A DNA stretch of 64,000 nucleotides from positions 126,386 through 190,385 of the forward strand of contig CBDFIN010000007.1 of assembly GCA_965248135.1 (NCBI GenBank), in the 5' to 3' direction. How positions within the stretch are numbered: the first letter of the stretch is position 1; the number at the start of each line of letters is the position of its first letter. Both the position numbers and the translations under genes were made by a program. This stretch comes from Rhizobiaceae bacterium (GTDB lineage: Bacteria > Pseudomonadota > Alphaproteobacteria > Rhizobiales > Rhizobiaceae). Positions 36,990-46,423 of the stretch are shown here, piece by piece. Below the pieces are notes generated by a model. That model was not told the origin of the DNA, did no database searches, and saw nothing but the letters and a program-made list of their open reading frames with translations.

Positions 36990-38050
36990 GCAAGCATAAT
37001 AATCAAACTGCCTTGTATAGCCAAGCGACTCTGCTTTGATTCAAATATTGTAGTCCTTGAACAGTGTTTCGATATCGCATTTGTGTTTTCGTCTGATGGC
37101 CTTTGCCTGTGCCCATTTATGCTCGATCGGATTGAGGTCCGGGGAATAAGGCGGAAGGTATTGGAGTATATGACCGGCATCCTTGATGGCCTTTTTCATG
37201 TCCTGGCGTTTGTGAAAACTTGCATTATCCATCACAACAACGGCGCCGGGAGGCAGCTTTGGAATGAGATCGCCTGTCAGCCAGCCATGGAAGACGTCAC
37301 TGTCGATATTGCATGGAAACAGGCAGGTTGTCAGCAAGGAGCCTCCCAGCAACGCCCCGATGACATTTGTTCTTCCCCGCGCGTGCCAGTTATGGGCGCC
37401 ACAACAGCGCTGGCCTTTGGGCGCATAGCCATGGGTGCGGGGCATATCATGGGCAAAACCTGATTCGTCAACATAGACAATAGGTTGGCCGGCCTTCTCA
37501 TGCCCGCTGATCGTCTCGCGGAAGACTGTACGCCTGGCCGCGTCCGCCTTCGGATGGGACAGGGCTTTTTTTATATGTCACCCCAAGCTTGCGCAATGCC
37601 TGCCAGATCGCCTTTGGCGTAACGCCAAAACGTGCTGCCCGTTCGTACTGATAGGCGTCAGGATATTTCTCCACATCGCGGGCCAGTGCAGCCATGTCAA
37701 TCTTGCGCGGACGGTTATCGCGCGTCGCCTTGGGCTCAATTTGCTTGCTCCAGCGCGTCAGGCTGGCAATGCCAACGCTGAAACGTTGCGAAGCCCGAGC
37801 AAAGGTCAGCCCTTCCTTCTTGCGAACCGAAAGAACATGGCGGCGAAAGTCAACTGAATAGGTCATGAATAAATATAATCAATTTAACGTCGTTTGGCTA
37901 TATGCTGCAATATTCGCCTGTGAAGGGGCTATTGGCTCTTTGTACAGGTTGGCAGAAACCGGCCTACTCAGCGAAACCGACAACGCGACTGCTATTGATG
38001 TTATGACAGATTTGCTCAGACTGACCAGCCGGTTACATGACTATGAGTGA
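36986..38050 (+). pseudogene. 59-codon ORF translationally coupled to the recombinase (ATGA overlap) and split by the IS630 insertion
   Basis: Removing 37018-37900 plus one TA joins atg agc aag cat aat aat caa act gcc ttg ta|t gct gca ... in frame. The product is MSKHNNQTALYAAIFACEGAIGSLYRLAETGLLSETDNATAIDVMTDLLRLTSRLHDYE*. Confidence 0.55.
37018..37900 (-). mobile_element. IS630-family insertion sequence (about 883 bp) with its transposase in two frames
   Basis: The terminal IRs are TAGCCAAGCGAC and GTCGTTTGGCTA, flanked by a duplicated TA (37016-37017 and 37901-37902). The N-terminal HTH ORF is 37498-37866 and the DDE part (FVDESGF...DNASFHK...YSPDLNPIE) is 37041-37445+. The two frames meet at an A7 run (about 37566-37572). 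Confidence 0.8.
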
Positions 38051-38097
38051 TCCCCGGCGCTCTCAAGATTGAAGTGCGCATGTTTCGGGCCTGACTA

Positions 38098-38169
38098 GCC
38101 ATCCTTTCGGAGCCGCTGTCGCTCGCCTCACCCGATCAGGGTGAGCGGCAGCGGTGGAGGAAGGATGGC
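38098..38169. repeat. Long imperfect GC-rich hairpin (about 72 bp)
   Basis: GCCATCCTTTCGGAGCCGCTGTCGCTCGCCTCACCC-GAT-CAGGGTGAGCGGCAGCGGTGGAGGAAGGATGGC. The outer 9 bp and the inner CCGCTG.CGCTC..CACCC segments are complementary. Confidence 0.5.
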
Positions 38170-38204
38170 GGGCCATCTTTTTGGTGGGCTTGAGCGGCCT
38201 GTTG

Positions 38205-38720
38205 AAAGGGAAGTGCAACACCTCACGGGCTATCATGATAGTCCGTCGATTTTGCGATCAAAAAGAGGTGTTGCACATGTCACAATACAAGCATTTCAGC
38301 TACCAGGAAAGGGTTGAGCTGGCCCGAATGATACACGAGAAGGTCCCAAAGGTTGCCATTGGGCAATGCCTTGGCCGCCCGCGTTCCAGCATTGATCGCG
38401 AGATTGCGCGCAATGGCAACAAGGACGGCACGTACAATGCCGATACAGCGCAGCGGCGTTACGAGGCGCGTCGAAGGCGGGGCTCTATGCCTCATGGCAA
38501 AAGGGTGGTGTGGAAAACATCAATGGCAGGCTGCGCCGCGATCTGCCGAGGCATCTTGATATTGACGCAATGAATGATGTGGACTTCGCCGACATAAACC
38601 TCATGCACAATCTGACACCGCGAAAATGCCTGGGATACAAGACGCCACTGCAAGCCCTCTTGTCCAATCTCGGTATCAATGCCAAACTCTCATTTCACAG
38701 AGGTGTTGCACTTCAAATTT
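38205..38720 (+). mobile_element. Internally deleted IS30-family element (MITE-like remnant), a different lineage from copies A and B
   Basis: A perfect 15-bp IR GAAGTGCAACACCTC (38210-38224) pairs with GAGGTGTTGCACTTC (38700-38714). The N-terminal HTH starts at the ATG at 38277 (MSQYKHFSYQERVELARMI...SSIDREIARNG). The C-terminal tail is in another frame (ENINGRLRRDLPR...LTPRKCLGYKTPLQAL). The DDE core is absent. Confidence 0.72.
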
Positions 38721-38773
38721 GAATCCGCCCCCCATTTGCTTCAGCAAAAAACAAGAGAAATTTCCGCCAAAAA

Positions 38774-39070
38774 TCAGTGCTGCATTTCCAGCGCTTTGTG
38801 AACAATATCGGGTTCCTGCGCGATAACTTTAAGATATGCACGTGCCGCCTCATCAGGGACGCAGCGGTTTTGTTCCCAGTCCCGCAATGTGCCAATAGGA
38901 ATATGAAACCGTTTTGCAAATTCTTCCTGACTAAAACCAAGCGCCCGCCGGATAATCTTTGCCTGTGGCGTGCGCTTCATACGTTTCATGTCCGCGACGG
39001 AAAGCGGTAAATTATCAGGGTCAGGTTTTTCCATTTCAGCCATTGCTTTCGTGGTAATATCGTCGTTCAT
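38774..39070 (-). CDS. brnA: BrnA-type antitoxin (HTH)
   Basis: From the ATG at 39070: KRMKRTPQAKIIRRALGFSQEEFAKRFHIPIGTLRDWEQNRCVPDEAARAYLKVI. It overlaps the end of the toxin gene by 35 nt. Confidence 0.72.
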   Translation of the reverse strand: MNDDITTKAMAEMEKPDPDNLPLSVADMKRMKRTPQAKIIRRALGFSQEEFAKRFHIPIGTLRDWEQNRCVPDEAARAYLKVIAQEPDIVHKALEMQH

Positions 39071-39320
39071 GCGCTTCTGCCTTTCGTGCAGAAATAATCC
39101 ACACCTTGTCATGTCGTTCTGTATGCACAACAACAAGAATATTATCGGCGGCCATCCCGATAAGGATATAGCGCTCTTCCCCGTAATCGAACCGATCGTC
39201 TTCAAATTCGATAGCAAAGGGATCACGGAACGCTTGCCGCGCCTGCTCAAAACTCACCCCGTGTTTATAGAGGTTTAAAACAGCTTTCCTGTCGTGCCAG
39301 TCAAAATTACTATCATTCAT
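39036..39320 (-). CDS. brnT: BrnT-family (DUF497) toxin
   Basis: From the ATG at 39320: FDWHDRKAVLNLYKHGVSFEQARQAFRDPFAIEFEDDRFDYGEERYILIGMAADNILVVVHTER...IISARKA, the canonical DUF497 pattern. Confidence 0.78.
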   Translation of the reverse strand: MNDSNFDWHDRKAVLNLYKHGVSFEQARQAFRDPFAIEFEDDRFDYGEERYILIGMAADNILVVVHTERHDKVWIISARKAEAHERRYYHESNG

Positions 39321-39816
39321 AATACTACGGGATACCCGTACTTTGTCAAGAAATCTATCAAAATCGTTTTGCCTGTTCAAAAACCAAGAACTGCCTGTGT
39401 GATCTATTGCGTCAGCAGTTAGTGCTAACATTAATCTAATAACGAGAATGTTGCTGCTGGCCAATTTAGGTGAGGGCACCCATCTCCACTAATTCCTGTA
39501 GAAATCTGGTTACAGTAGCTTGGTCAAAAGGACGTCTCACTGCTGGATCAGCGATCATAAGGACAGATCATCACGGTTTTTCAGTTATCTTGATTCTGGT
39601 GGAATTGTTTCGTCTGGTTCCCGGCCTTTCTTCTACCGGCACTGATCACAACCAACCATCACCTCAAATTGCATGAAAACCCAAATCCTTCTCAATTACT
39701 TTTTCGGTTCCCCCTATAGGTCTCCCCCAAAAAAGATCATTGAAAACGCTATAGAACTTCCTGCTGCAGCCGGTCATGGCCGGAATGATCCGAGCCAATA
39801 ACTGAAAGGAAATACC

Positions 39817-40101
39817 ATGACTACCAAAAAAACCAACACCAACAAGCCAATTGAAACCCTGCGTGACGCAGCTGTGAAAGTTACTATCTGGCGAAACCAA
39901 AGCGAAAAAGGCGTATTCTTTACGGCCAAATTCTCGCGAACCTGGCAAGATGCCGATGGCAAATATCACGACAGCCAAAATTTCTCTGGTACACAGCTAC
40001 TGCAAATTCAGAATTTGGCAGAAATTGCCTACAATCGTATGATCGAGCTGCGACAGGCTGAGAAAGTTCCAGCTAACGACGATAATAAGAACGCCGTCTG
40101 A
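39817..40101 (+). CDS. Hypothetical small protein (94 aa)
   Basis: A clean ORF from an ATG: TLRDAAVKVTIWRNQSEKGVFFTAKFSRTWQDADGKYHDS. I cannot assign a family. Confidence 0.55.
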   Translation: MTTKKTNTNKPIETLRDAAVKVTIWRNQSEKGVFFTAKFSRTWQDADGKYHDSQNFSGTQLLQIQNLAEIAYNRMIELRQAEKVPANDDNKNAV

Positions 40102-40549
40102 TTGAGCCGGATATGATAATATTGGAAGCGCTCCAATGTGGTCGCTTTCGGTATTATTCCAATTTCAAAATACCGTAATCAGTCAGCTATGCACTGGAGA
40201 GTGTGTATGCTGGCCAAATGGTGATTCAGCACAGGCCACCCGTTGTGCTCGCGATCGCCGCTATTGTTGGTTGGCCTGGCGCCAGATTAGTATGGAAGAA
40301 TGCGTTTTTCGCTGGCTAACAACCGCGCCTTTTCGCACCAACAACTTTGAGGCCAAATGAAGTCAAATTACAACTCATCAAGAGGCTCATGGCACTTCCT
40401 GCATTAATATATGGTACCGCGGAAACCTGCAGCCAAGGCCCCAAACTACTTGGATTGAAGCTGTTGGGAGGCTGGAGATTAATACTATGGCAGTATAGCA
40501 AAGTGTGTGTTAAGAAATGGGGTGGTCTGCTAACCAAAAGGGTGGTATT

Positions 40550-40849
40550 ATGAGATTTATCGGTCAGGCAGCAAAAACAGCACTTAGAATTTTGGGTAAG
40601 GATACTTCTCGAAAAGCTGCTCGAGCTTCCATCGTGAAATTTAGTGAGGAGGCCACTCATTTTGCCAAAGTAGTTACACTAACTGTTGCCGGTAAACCAG
40701 TTTATCTGAAATTTGTATCCTATCTTCATAAAGATCATCTTGGTAACCTAAATTCCGTTGGTGATGGTGAGTTCTACGGTGCGTTGTATGAAAACGACAC
40801 CGGCCCGGAATATGTTACGCCCGATGGCGAAATTTTTTATAAGATTTAG
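40550..40849 (+). CDS. Hypothetical protein
   Basis: The ATG at 40550 follows AAGGGTGG. An alternative ATG at 40517 has no RBS. Confidence 0.4.
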   Translation: MRFIGQAAKTALRILGKDTSRKAARASIVKFSEEATHFAKVVTLTVAGKPVYLKFVSYLHKDHLGNLNSVGDGEFYGALYENDTGPEYVTPDGEIFYKI

Positions 40850-40851
40850 CT

Positions 40852-41007
40852 ATGAATAAAGCCAAAAATACAGACAAGCAAGACGAAGAAATATCGGATG
40901 ATGAAGCCGCTGAAGCTATTCTCGAAGGCATTAGGAATTCGCTGTATTCAAAAAGTTCGTGGTTAAAAGCTACTGTCAAAGCACTCTGGAAAATTACAGG
41001 AAGTTAG
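40852..41007 (+). CDS. Hypothetical 51-aa acidic protein (not in the ORF track)
   Basis: My own translation is MNKAKNTDKQDEEISDDEAAEAILEGIRNSLYSKSSWLKATVKALWKITGS*. The ATG lies 2 nt after the upstream stop. Confidence 0.3.
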   Translation: MNKAKNTDKQDEEISDDEAAEAILEGIRNSLYSKSSWLKATVKALWKITGS

Positions 41008-41011
41008 GTTG

Positions 41012-41242
41012 CTAGCGCTCCAATTGGGAGTCTAAGGCTTTTCCTTCGTATGAGGCAGCAGAGACTATGTGACGTTTTTTAAAGATTGCGTGCGCAGCGA
41101 CACCGCCACCAACAAAACCTGCTGCGACCGCGGCTATCGATTTACCTGCAAATGAAGGCAACAAATGTTGAACTGCTGCATACGCAACCACTGATCCCGT
41201 TGTTATCGCTGGTGAATCTCGCATAATACTATTTTCCTGCAT
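41012..41242 (-). CDS. Hypothetical small Gly/Ala-rich membrane protein
   Basis: It has the glycine-zipper-like segment AAVAAGFVGGGVAAHAIF. Confidence 0.35.
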   Translation of the reverse strand: MQENSIMRDSPAITTGSVVAYAAVQHLLPSFAGKSIAAVAAGFVGGGVAAHAIFKKRHIVSAASYEGKALDSQLER

Positions 41243-41634
41243 GAAATGATTATATGCGAATCGCCCTGTGAGTAGTATTAAGTTTTTGTTACAATTGCTG
41301 ACTCGGCCACAATCGAAACCCAGATTGAATCAATCCTGTATCACTTTCCCAGTCAGTCCGATCGCTGTGATGCTGGATCATTCGCGGTCTTCCTTTGTGG
41401 AGGCTGGCTACATACGCACCCAGCGGTGCCTTTGACGCAGTTTTAACCCAATCCAATGCTGTAAGCTGCAAACCAAATGGAACATTGAGGTTGAGTAGAT
41501 TGCTCCTGCAGTGACCTCTATCCTGCGTCAATTCACTAATATTACTGTGATACGGCTATTCAATACCATATAAGCATGACATTCAATTATGATATTCTAG
41601 CGTAGTACAATTTATGATCGGTCATTCAACCCAA

Positions 41635-42003
41635 TCACCTCGGTTCCCATGTTACCTTGCTGATATATGGCTCTGATTCATCAATCGCCATATCGTTTGT
41701 GTGTTGCTCCCACACCAGCCCAACATCATTTTCAGCGATGAGAAATACCAGCTCCGAGAGGTTTCGTCCTGTAACCGTAACGCGCCCGTCGACAAAGTCC
41801 AGAATAATTCCACCCAAATCAGGATGATCATGCGCGTTGACAAAATTACTCCAACTGGAAATTCGCTGCTCGCCATTTTTCAGACGCCAGATGATAGAAA
41901 ATGCTCTTGTACGTTCCGCAAAACGGTAAAATGCCTCCTTGCGCGGAAACCCACTTTCCTCGTCGAGTTCGGTCTTCAGATTGTGCGGAAGCCGCATCGC
42001 CAT
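41635..42003 (-). CDS. Hypothetical protein downstream of the relaxase gene
   Basis: It is in the same orientation as the relaxase. The ATG at 42003 lies 11 nt after the relaxase stop. The track start at 42033 would overlap the relaxase gene. Confidence 0.5.
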   Translation of the reverse strand: MAMRLPHNLKTELDEESGFPRKEAFYRFAERTRAFSIIWRLKNGEQRISSWSNFVNAHDHPDLGGIILDFVDGRVTVTGRNLSELVFLIAENDVGLVWEQHTNDMAIDESEPYISKVTWEPR

Positions 42004-42013
42004 GACCCGCTTA

Positions 42014-44833
42014 TCAACGCCCGATATCTGCACCTTGATCTCCTAACCTGCCTTGATATTCAGCCATTACTACTTGACGCGCCTGGTTCATCAGATCAGC
42101 ATCAACTACAAAATCTCTACCCCGTTCCACTGCAAGTCTGCGAGCAGTTTTCTCGATACGCATGCGGTAATTGGCAATTCGTTCTGGTCGAGATGTAGAG
42201 CGGCCAAATACATCAGTTTTGCCCTGAAATAATTCCCGTGTGCTAGCCCGATCAGCAACTTGTTGTGTCGCAACCCGCACTGCATCAATCTTGTCACTGT
42301 AAACCGCCACTTGCTTAGCCCCACGAGTAGCCGACACCAGAAATTGGTTCATGTTAACTGCTGGAAGTGCTTCTGCTCCCATAGCTACGATCACCTTATC
42401 GATCGTCTTGCTTTGAGCGGCATGAGACGTCCAGCAATATGCATGGTCAATATGTCCAAATTGATTGTCAATTACTTCGCCATTGTCCACCACAATATCT
42501 CCGGTTTTAGTAATTGCATTGACGCTGTAGGTATTGCCAGCGGTCAACCGCTTTCCACTAATAGTTGTTCCGCCGCGAGTGATACGAATATCATCACCGG
42601 CACTTAACGCGATATTCTGTTGCATGTACACGGAGAAGCGTTTGCTCAACTCAAGCGGCAGAGCAAATACTTTTCCTTCGCTGGATTCGAGCAAAACCTG
42701 ATTTCTATTTACCCCAGTTACTTCCCACAATGAGCCACGAGCAGCACCGGGAGTGTGTTGATCAAAACGTATGAGAAATCCAACCTCATATCGCAGCGCA
42801 ATACCTTTCTGCGATTCTGTCCAATGCAATGGGCGAAGTCCGAATACTGACTTATCTCGTTTGGACAGGATACCTTGTTCCTTCAATCCCGCGCGTATCC
42901 GGGTGGATATCAGGTCTTTCTCTGAATGCACCGGGTCAGCTACCAAAACAGACTGATTGGTCTTGCGCGCCTCAAGATAAGCATCGGCTGCCTTGGCTAT
43001 GAAATCGTCGCTTTGATTAACCGCACCCATTGCATCAAGCCGTTTCCAGGCTTCTGCCATATCACCAATTCTAATCCATTCCACGGCCTCTTTGTAGGTT
43101 CCCGTCTGGCGCATGATATTTGTAATTTCTGCCGGTCGCAGTGCACCACGAGATTCGATCAGGCGCATCGCATCACCCCATTCAACTGATTGATGCTGCG
43201 AGCTGTCACCAACCAACACCAGACGCCAGTCATTCTTAAGCACAAGATCGAACAGTTGATTCATCTCAGGAATGCTTAACATGCCTGCCTCATCCACAAG
43301 CACAATAGCGCCGGGTCCAAGTTCTTGCTGCATCCGATCATTCATCAACAACATTTGCGTAGTGGAAGCACCTTTGAAACCTTCATTTGCGAGAGTGTCG
43401 CGACTGGATGTACGCGTGGCAAATGCAAATACCTTGCGCCTGCTGTCCACTAATGCATCCCTCAATTCCCGCAGTGCCGTCGTTTTACCAACACCACCAC
43501 CACCGCGTATCATCATCACACGATCTGGCGAAGTCAGCACATGCATTACAGCTGCGCGTTGTCCGACATTAAGTATGTCATTTTTAATCAGATAATCGCC
43601 ATGCCCCAGTTGCCGACAACTCACGCGGCCTGAAAGCACAAAATCGATCATGCATTCTTCCGCAGCCAGCGATGATTGCCGTGATGCCATCATGCGTGTG
43701 GACAATTGGCCATTGACCTTGGTTGATATTTCTTTGCGAACCAAATCGGATTTCGTGGCTTGCTCTTGAAGCTGTTCGAGTGTGACATCACCAAATCCAC
43801 GCCATAAAGCGTGGCTAAACAGCTTGGTCTCATCAATCACCGATTGCTTGTCAAAACAGTGATCCAATGCATATTGCCAAGCCTTCTCCGGTGTTACCTG
43901 CTCGCGCTTGCCGGAAACTCGGTGGCGGGCATTGTTGATGACTTTATTCAAAGAATGCCCATGGCTGGGCAGCAGCCTTGCCATTGCCATTTCGAACATT
44001 TCCGCATCACTGGCATCGACATCTTTTTCCGCTCGGGTGCGAACCCCTTCTTGTGCTTTGTTGCGGGCGTCGGTGATACCCTTTGCTTTGGCCGATGCCT
44101 CTATCTCTTTGGTGCGTCGCGAATAGTGATCACGCAGTTCCTTATCAATCCCGTCAACTTCCCAGTATTTACCCTGACCTTCAATTTCATATCCAAGCTC
44201 TCTTGCAGCTAATGCCAATTCACTGTGGTAAATCGCTTCATAATATTCTCGGTGTGCGGTGATATCTCCAATTTGAACCGCCTTCACTTTCCCCTCAATT
44301 TCGTCCCATGAAAGTGACAAACAATAATTATGGGTATGCAAGTGTGGATCTGCCACATTATCTACCGGGCGGGCGAAATGATGAGTAAATTGCGCGGCTA
44401 CGAGATTTCCCGTGGTTCGGTTGTCATGGCGATTAGCAACACCAACACGTACCCGTGTTTTCATGTCCTTTTCAACTTCCTGCAACATTTGGTCGTTGGC
44501 ACGATGATGAATTTCCAGCAATCGCGGGTCGTGTGTTTTTGCATACAGAATTGATATTGACTTTGGTGCACTGGCTGTCAGATCGAACCCCGGAATTCGA
44601 TCAGCCCGTTGTCGACCGGTCAATGTTGCACCGGTGACCGGATGACGATTGTCCACTACTGCATGAAAATCGGAGCGCTTTACACCGCCGAAAAGCCCCA
44701 AATGTCCGGCAAATATGCCAAACCATTGCCCGATGATTTTATCACCAGATTGATAATAGTCAGCTATCTGTAGGGCATCGTCAAAATATTGCTTTGCTCC
44801 AGTTGCTGAACGGCTCTTTGTAAGTCGTAACAT
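42014..44833 (-). CDS. MobF-family conjugative relaxase-helicase (TrwC/TraI-like)
   Basis: The N-terminal relaxase domain has YY (DYYQSG), DLTASAPKSISIL, TGNLVAAQFTHHFAR and DPHLHTHNY (the His triad). The C-terminal helicase has IRGGGGVGKTT and VLVDEAGM. Length is 939 aa. Confidence 0.88.
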   Translation of the reverse strand: MLRLTKSRSATGAKQYFDDALQIADYYQSGDKIIGQWFGIFAGHLGLFGGVKRSDFHAVVDNRHPVTGATLTGRQRADRIPGFDLTASAPKSISILYAKTHDPRLLEIHHRANDQMLQEVEKDMKTRVRVGVANRHDNRTTGNLVAAQFTHHFARPVDNVADPHLHTHNYCLSLSWDEIEGKVKAVQIGDITAHREYYEAIYHSELALAARELGYEIEGQGKYWEVDGIDKELRDHYSRRTKEIEASAKAKGITDARNKAQEGVRTRAEKDVDASDAEMFEMAMARLLPSHGHSLNKVINNARHRVSGKREQVTPEKAWQYALDHCFDKQSVIDETKLFSHALWRGFGDVTLEQLQEQATKSDLVRKEISTKVNGQLSTRMMASRQSSLAAEECMIDFVLSGRVSCRQLGHGDYLIKNDILNVGQRAAVMHVLTSPDRVMMIRGGGGVGKTTALRELRDALVDSRRKVFAFATRTSSRDTLANEGFKGASTTQMLLMNDRMQQELGPGAIVLVDEAGMLSIPEMNQLFDLVLKNDWRLVLVGDSSQHQSVEWGDAMRLIESRGALRPAEITNIMRQTGTYKEAVEWIRIGDMAEAWKRLDAMGAVNQSDDFIAKAADAYLEARKTNQSVLVADPVHSEKDLISTRIRAGLKEQGILSKRDKSVFGLRPLHWTESQKGIALRYEVGFLIRFDQHTPGAARGSLWEVTGVNRNQVLLESSEGKVFALPLELSKRFSVYMQQNIALSAGDDIRITRGGTTISGKRLTAGNTYSVNAITKTGDIVVDNGEVIDNQFGHIDHAYCWTSHAAQSKTIDKVIVAMGAEALPAVNMNQFLVSATRGAKQVAVYSDKIDAVRVATQQVADRASTRELFQGKTDVFGRSTSRPERIANYRMRIEKTARRLAVERGRDFVVDADLMNQARQVVMAEYQGRLGDQGADIGR

Positions 44834-44995
44834 TGCTGATATAGTGCCTGCAAAAGCTGAAAAAACAGTTAAGAAGCCATTAAAAATGGTTAGTCCCAGG
44901 CGTGTCCCCTAAGCAGTGCTTAGGAAGCTGAAACATTTTCAACATACTGAATTTTATCGATTTATGCAAAGAGGCTGTAAACAGGGGTTTTGATC

Positions 44996-45550
44996 ATGGC
45001 ATTTGAGAACCTTGCTCCATATCAGGACATAATTTTATCACTTCGTGAACCAGGTAGCAATCGGCGATCATTGGCTCAGATTGTCGATACAATGCGCGAA
45101 GAACATCAGGTAAATACCTCAATCGGAACATTGTCACGCTACCTTAAACAAATAGCACCGGACAAAGCCGTTCGTGATCCGACGCAGAGTGAACATGAAG
45201 CCATTGACACTCTTGCCATGCAAATCGAAATCATGACAGAGATTGTCAGTACCAAACAAGAATTGCGTGCCGTAATTGAGCAGCAAGATGGCCAGCTGCG
45301 CAACCTTACCTATGCTATTGACGAACTTAAAATAGAGGTTGCGAAAAAGCCAACATCAGATCCAGCACAGGGCAATGGCAATGCCGCAGGCCACTCCGTT
45401 GCGAATAATTCAACTCCACCATTGGTTGATAATACTCAACGAATGGTTCCACCATTACGTCGAATTTGGAAGCGGGCGTTTGTAATAACATTCTTGCTCA
45501 ACCTGCTCTTGATCGGAGGAGCAGCATTGTGGCTTTCAAACCGATATTAA
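44996..45550 (+). CDS. Hypothetical HTH protein with a C-terminal membrane anchor, divergent from the relaxase
   Basis: The HTH-like region is RRSLAQIVDTMREEHQVNTSIGTLSRYLKQI and the C-terminal hydrophobic segment is AFVITFLLNLLLIGGAALWL. Confidence 0.5.
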   Translation: MAFENLAPYQDIILSLREPGSNRRSLAQIVDTMREEHQVNTSIGTLSRYLKQIAPDKAVRDPTQSEHEAIDTLAMQIEIMTEIVSTKQELRAVIEQQDGQLRNLTYAIDELKIEVAKKPTSDPAQGNGNAAGHSVANNSTPPLVDNTQRMVPPLRRIWKRAFVITFLLNLLLIGGAALWLSNRY

Positions 45551-45892
45551 AGCTCCGCCGCATCATCCCGATCATGATCAAATTCTTGCTCCTGATTACC
45601 ATATAAGTCGCCCATTTGTACAGAATGGAGCTGCTCGCTTGCCGCTTCCAACTCCTGTCGCTGCCCATAAAGTTCATGGTATTTCACGCGATCTGTTAAC
45701 GCGCAGCCGACTTCCTGCAATGGTTTGCCGAACCATCCCTCTTCCACCACTCGTGCGCGAACATCGTCCACCGCTGCAGCCAGAGCATTGGGCCTTATTT
45801 CTCCCCAGTGCTTTTGTAATCGATTTTTTTGATTCTAATTCTGCGCGCAGTTTGCGTTGCTCACTCGATATACGATATTGTTCGTTCGCCAT
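45547..45892 (-). pseudogene. Small gene split between two frames at an A7/T7 homopolymer
   Basis: MANEQYRISSEQRKLRAELESKK (from the ATG at 45892) runs into the T7 run at 45824-45830. The next frame continues ..RLQKHWGEIRPNALAAAVDDVRARVVEEGWFGKPLQ... to the stop at 45547. Confidence 0.45.
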
Positions 45893-46423
45893 GTTATAGT
45901 CCTCGAAATTCCGGTGGCGCTATCGCTAGAAAAGGTCAAATAGCTGCAATGACACTCATTGATTCCATACTTAGCCGATTGTCCGGCATTGATACAGCCT
46001 CCAAGTCGTCTCAACCACCTTCACCAACCACTGATGACGACATATTGCCACCAGCACCCGTTGTTTCATCACCGGCACTTCTTTCCATACCACAGCCGGT
46101 TGCCATAAGATCCCGTGCCAAAAAGGTAAGGCAATCGACTTATTTGTCCGATAGAAAAGCACCTTTGTTGAGACTGTCAAAACACGATTATTGGACAGTT
46201 GAAGATGCCGTGTGCGGCACCCATATTTTTGGTGGGAATGGATCTGGAAAAACCACGGGATCCGGACAAACCATTGCCAAGGCGTTTCTGAGAGCAGGTT
46301 TTGGAGGACTGGTTCTTTGCGCCAAGCCCGATGAATTGGTGAACTGGCAAAATTATGCAAAGGCGTGCGGGCGCTCCCAACATTTGATAGTCTTGGCTGA
46401 GGATGAACCGTGGCGTTTTAATT

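Noticed and set aside
36394-36999. A 201-aa ORF overlapping the small recombinase gene in another frame.
   Set aside because: The recombinase frame has the catalytic Arg/His/Tyr boxes and a strong GGAGGGG RBS. The alternative frame has no motif.
38711-38732. TTCAAATTTGAATCCGCCCCCC resembles the tRNA-Phe T-arm/3' end (TTCAAATCCGCCCCC), so it is a possible attR or internal att site.
   Set aside because: Only about 11 contiguous bases match, and a 3-bp insertion interrupts the similarity. It directly overlaps the right IR of the IS30 remnant, so it is too weak to call an attachment-site repeat.
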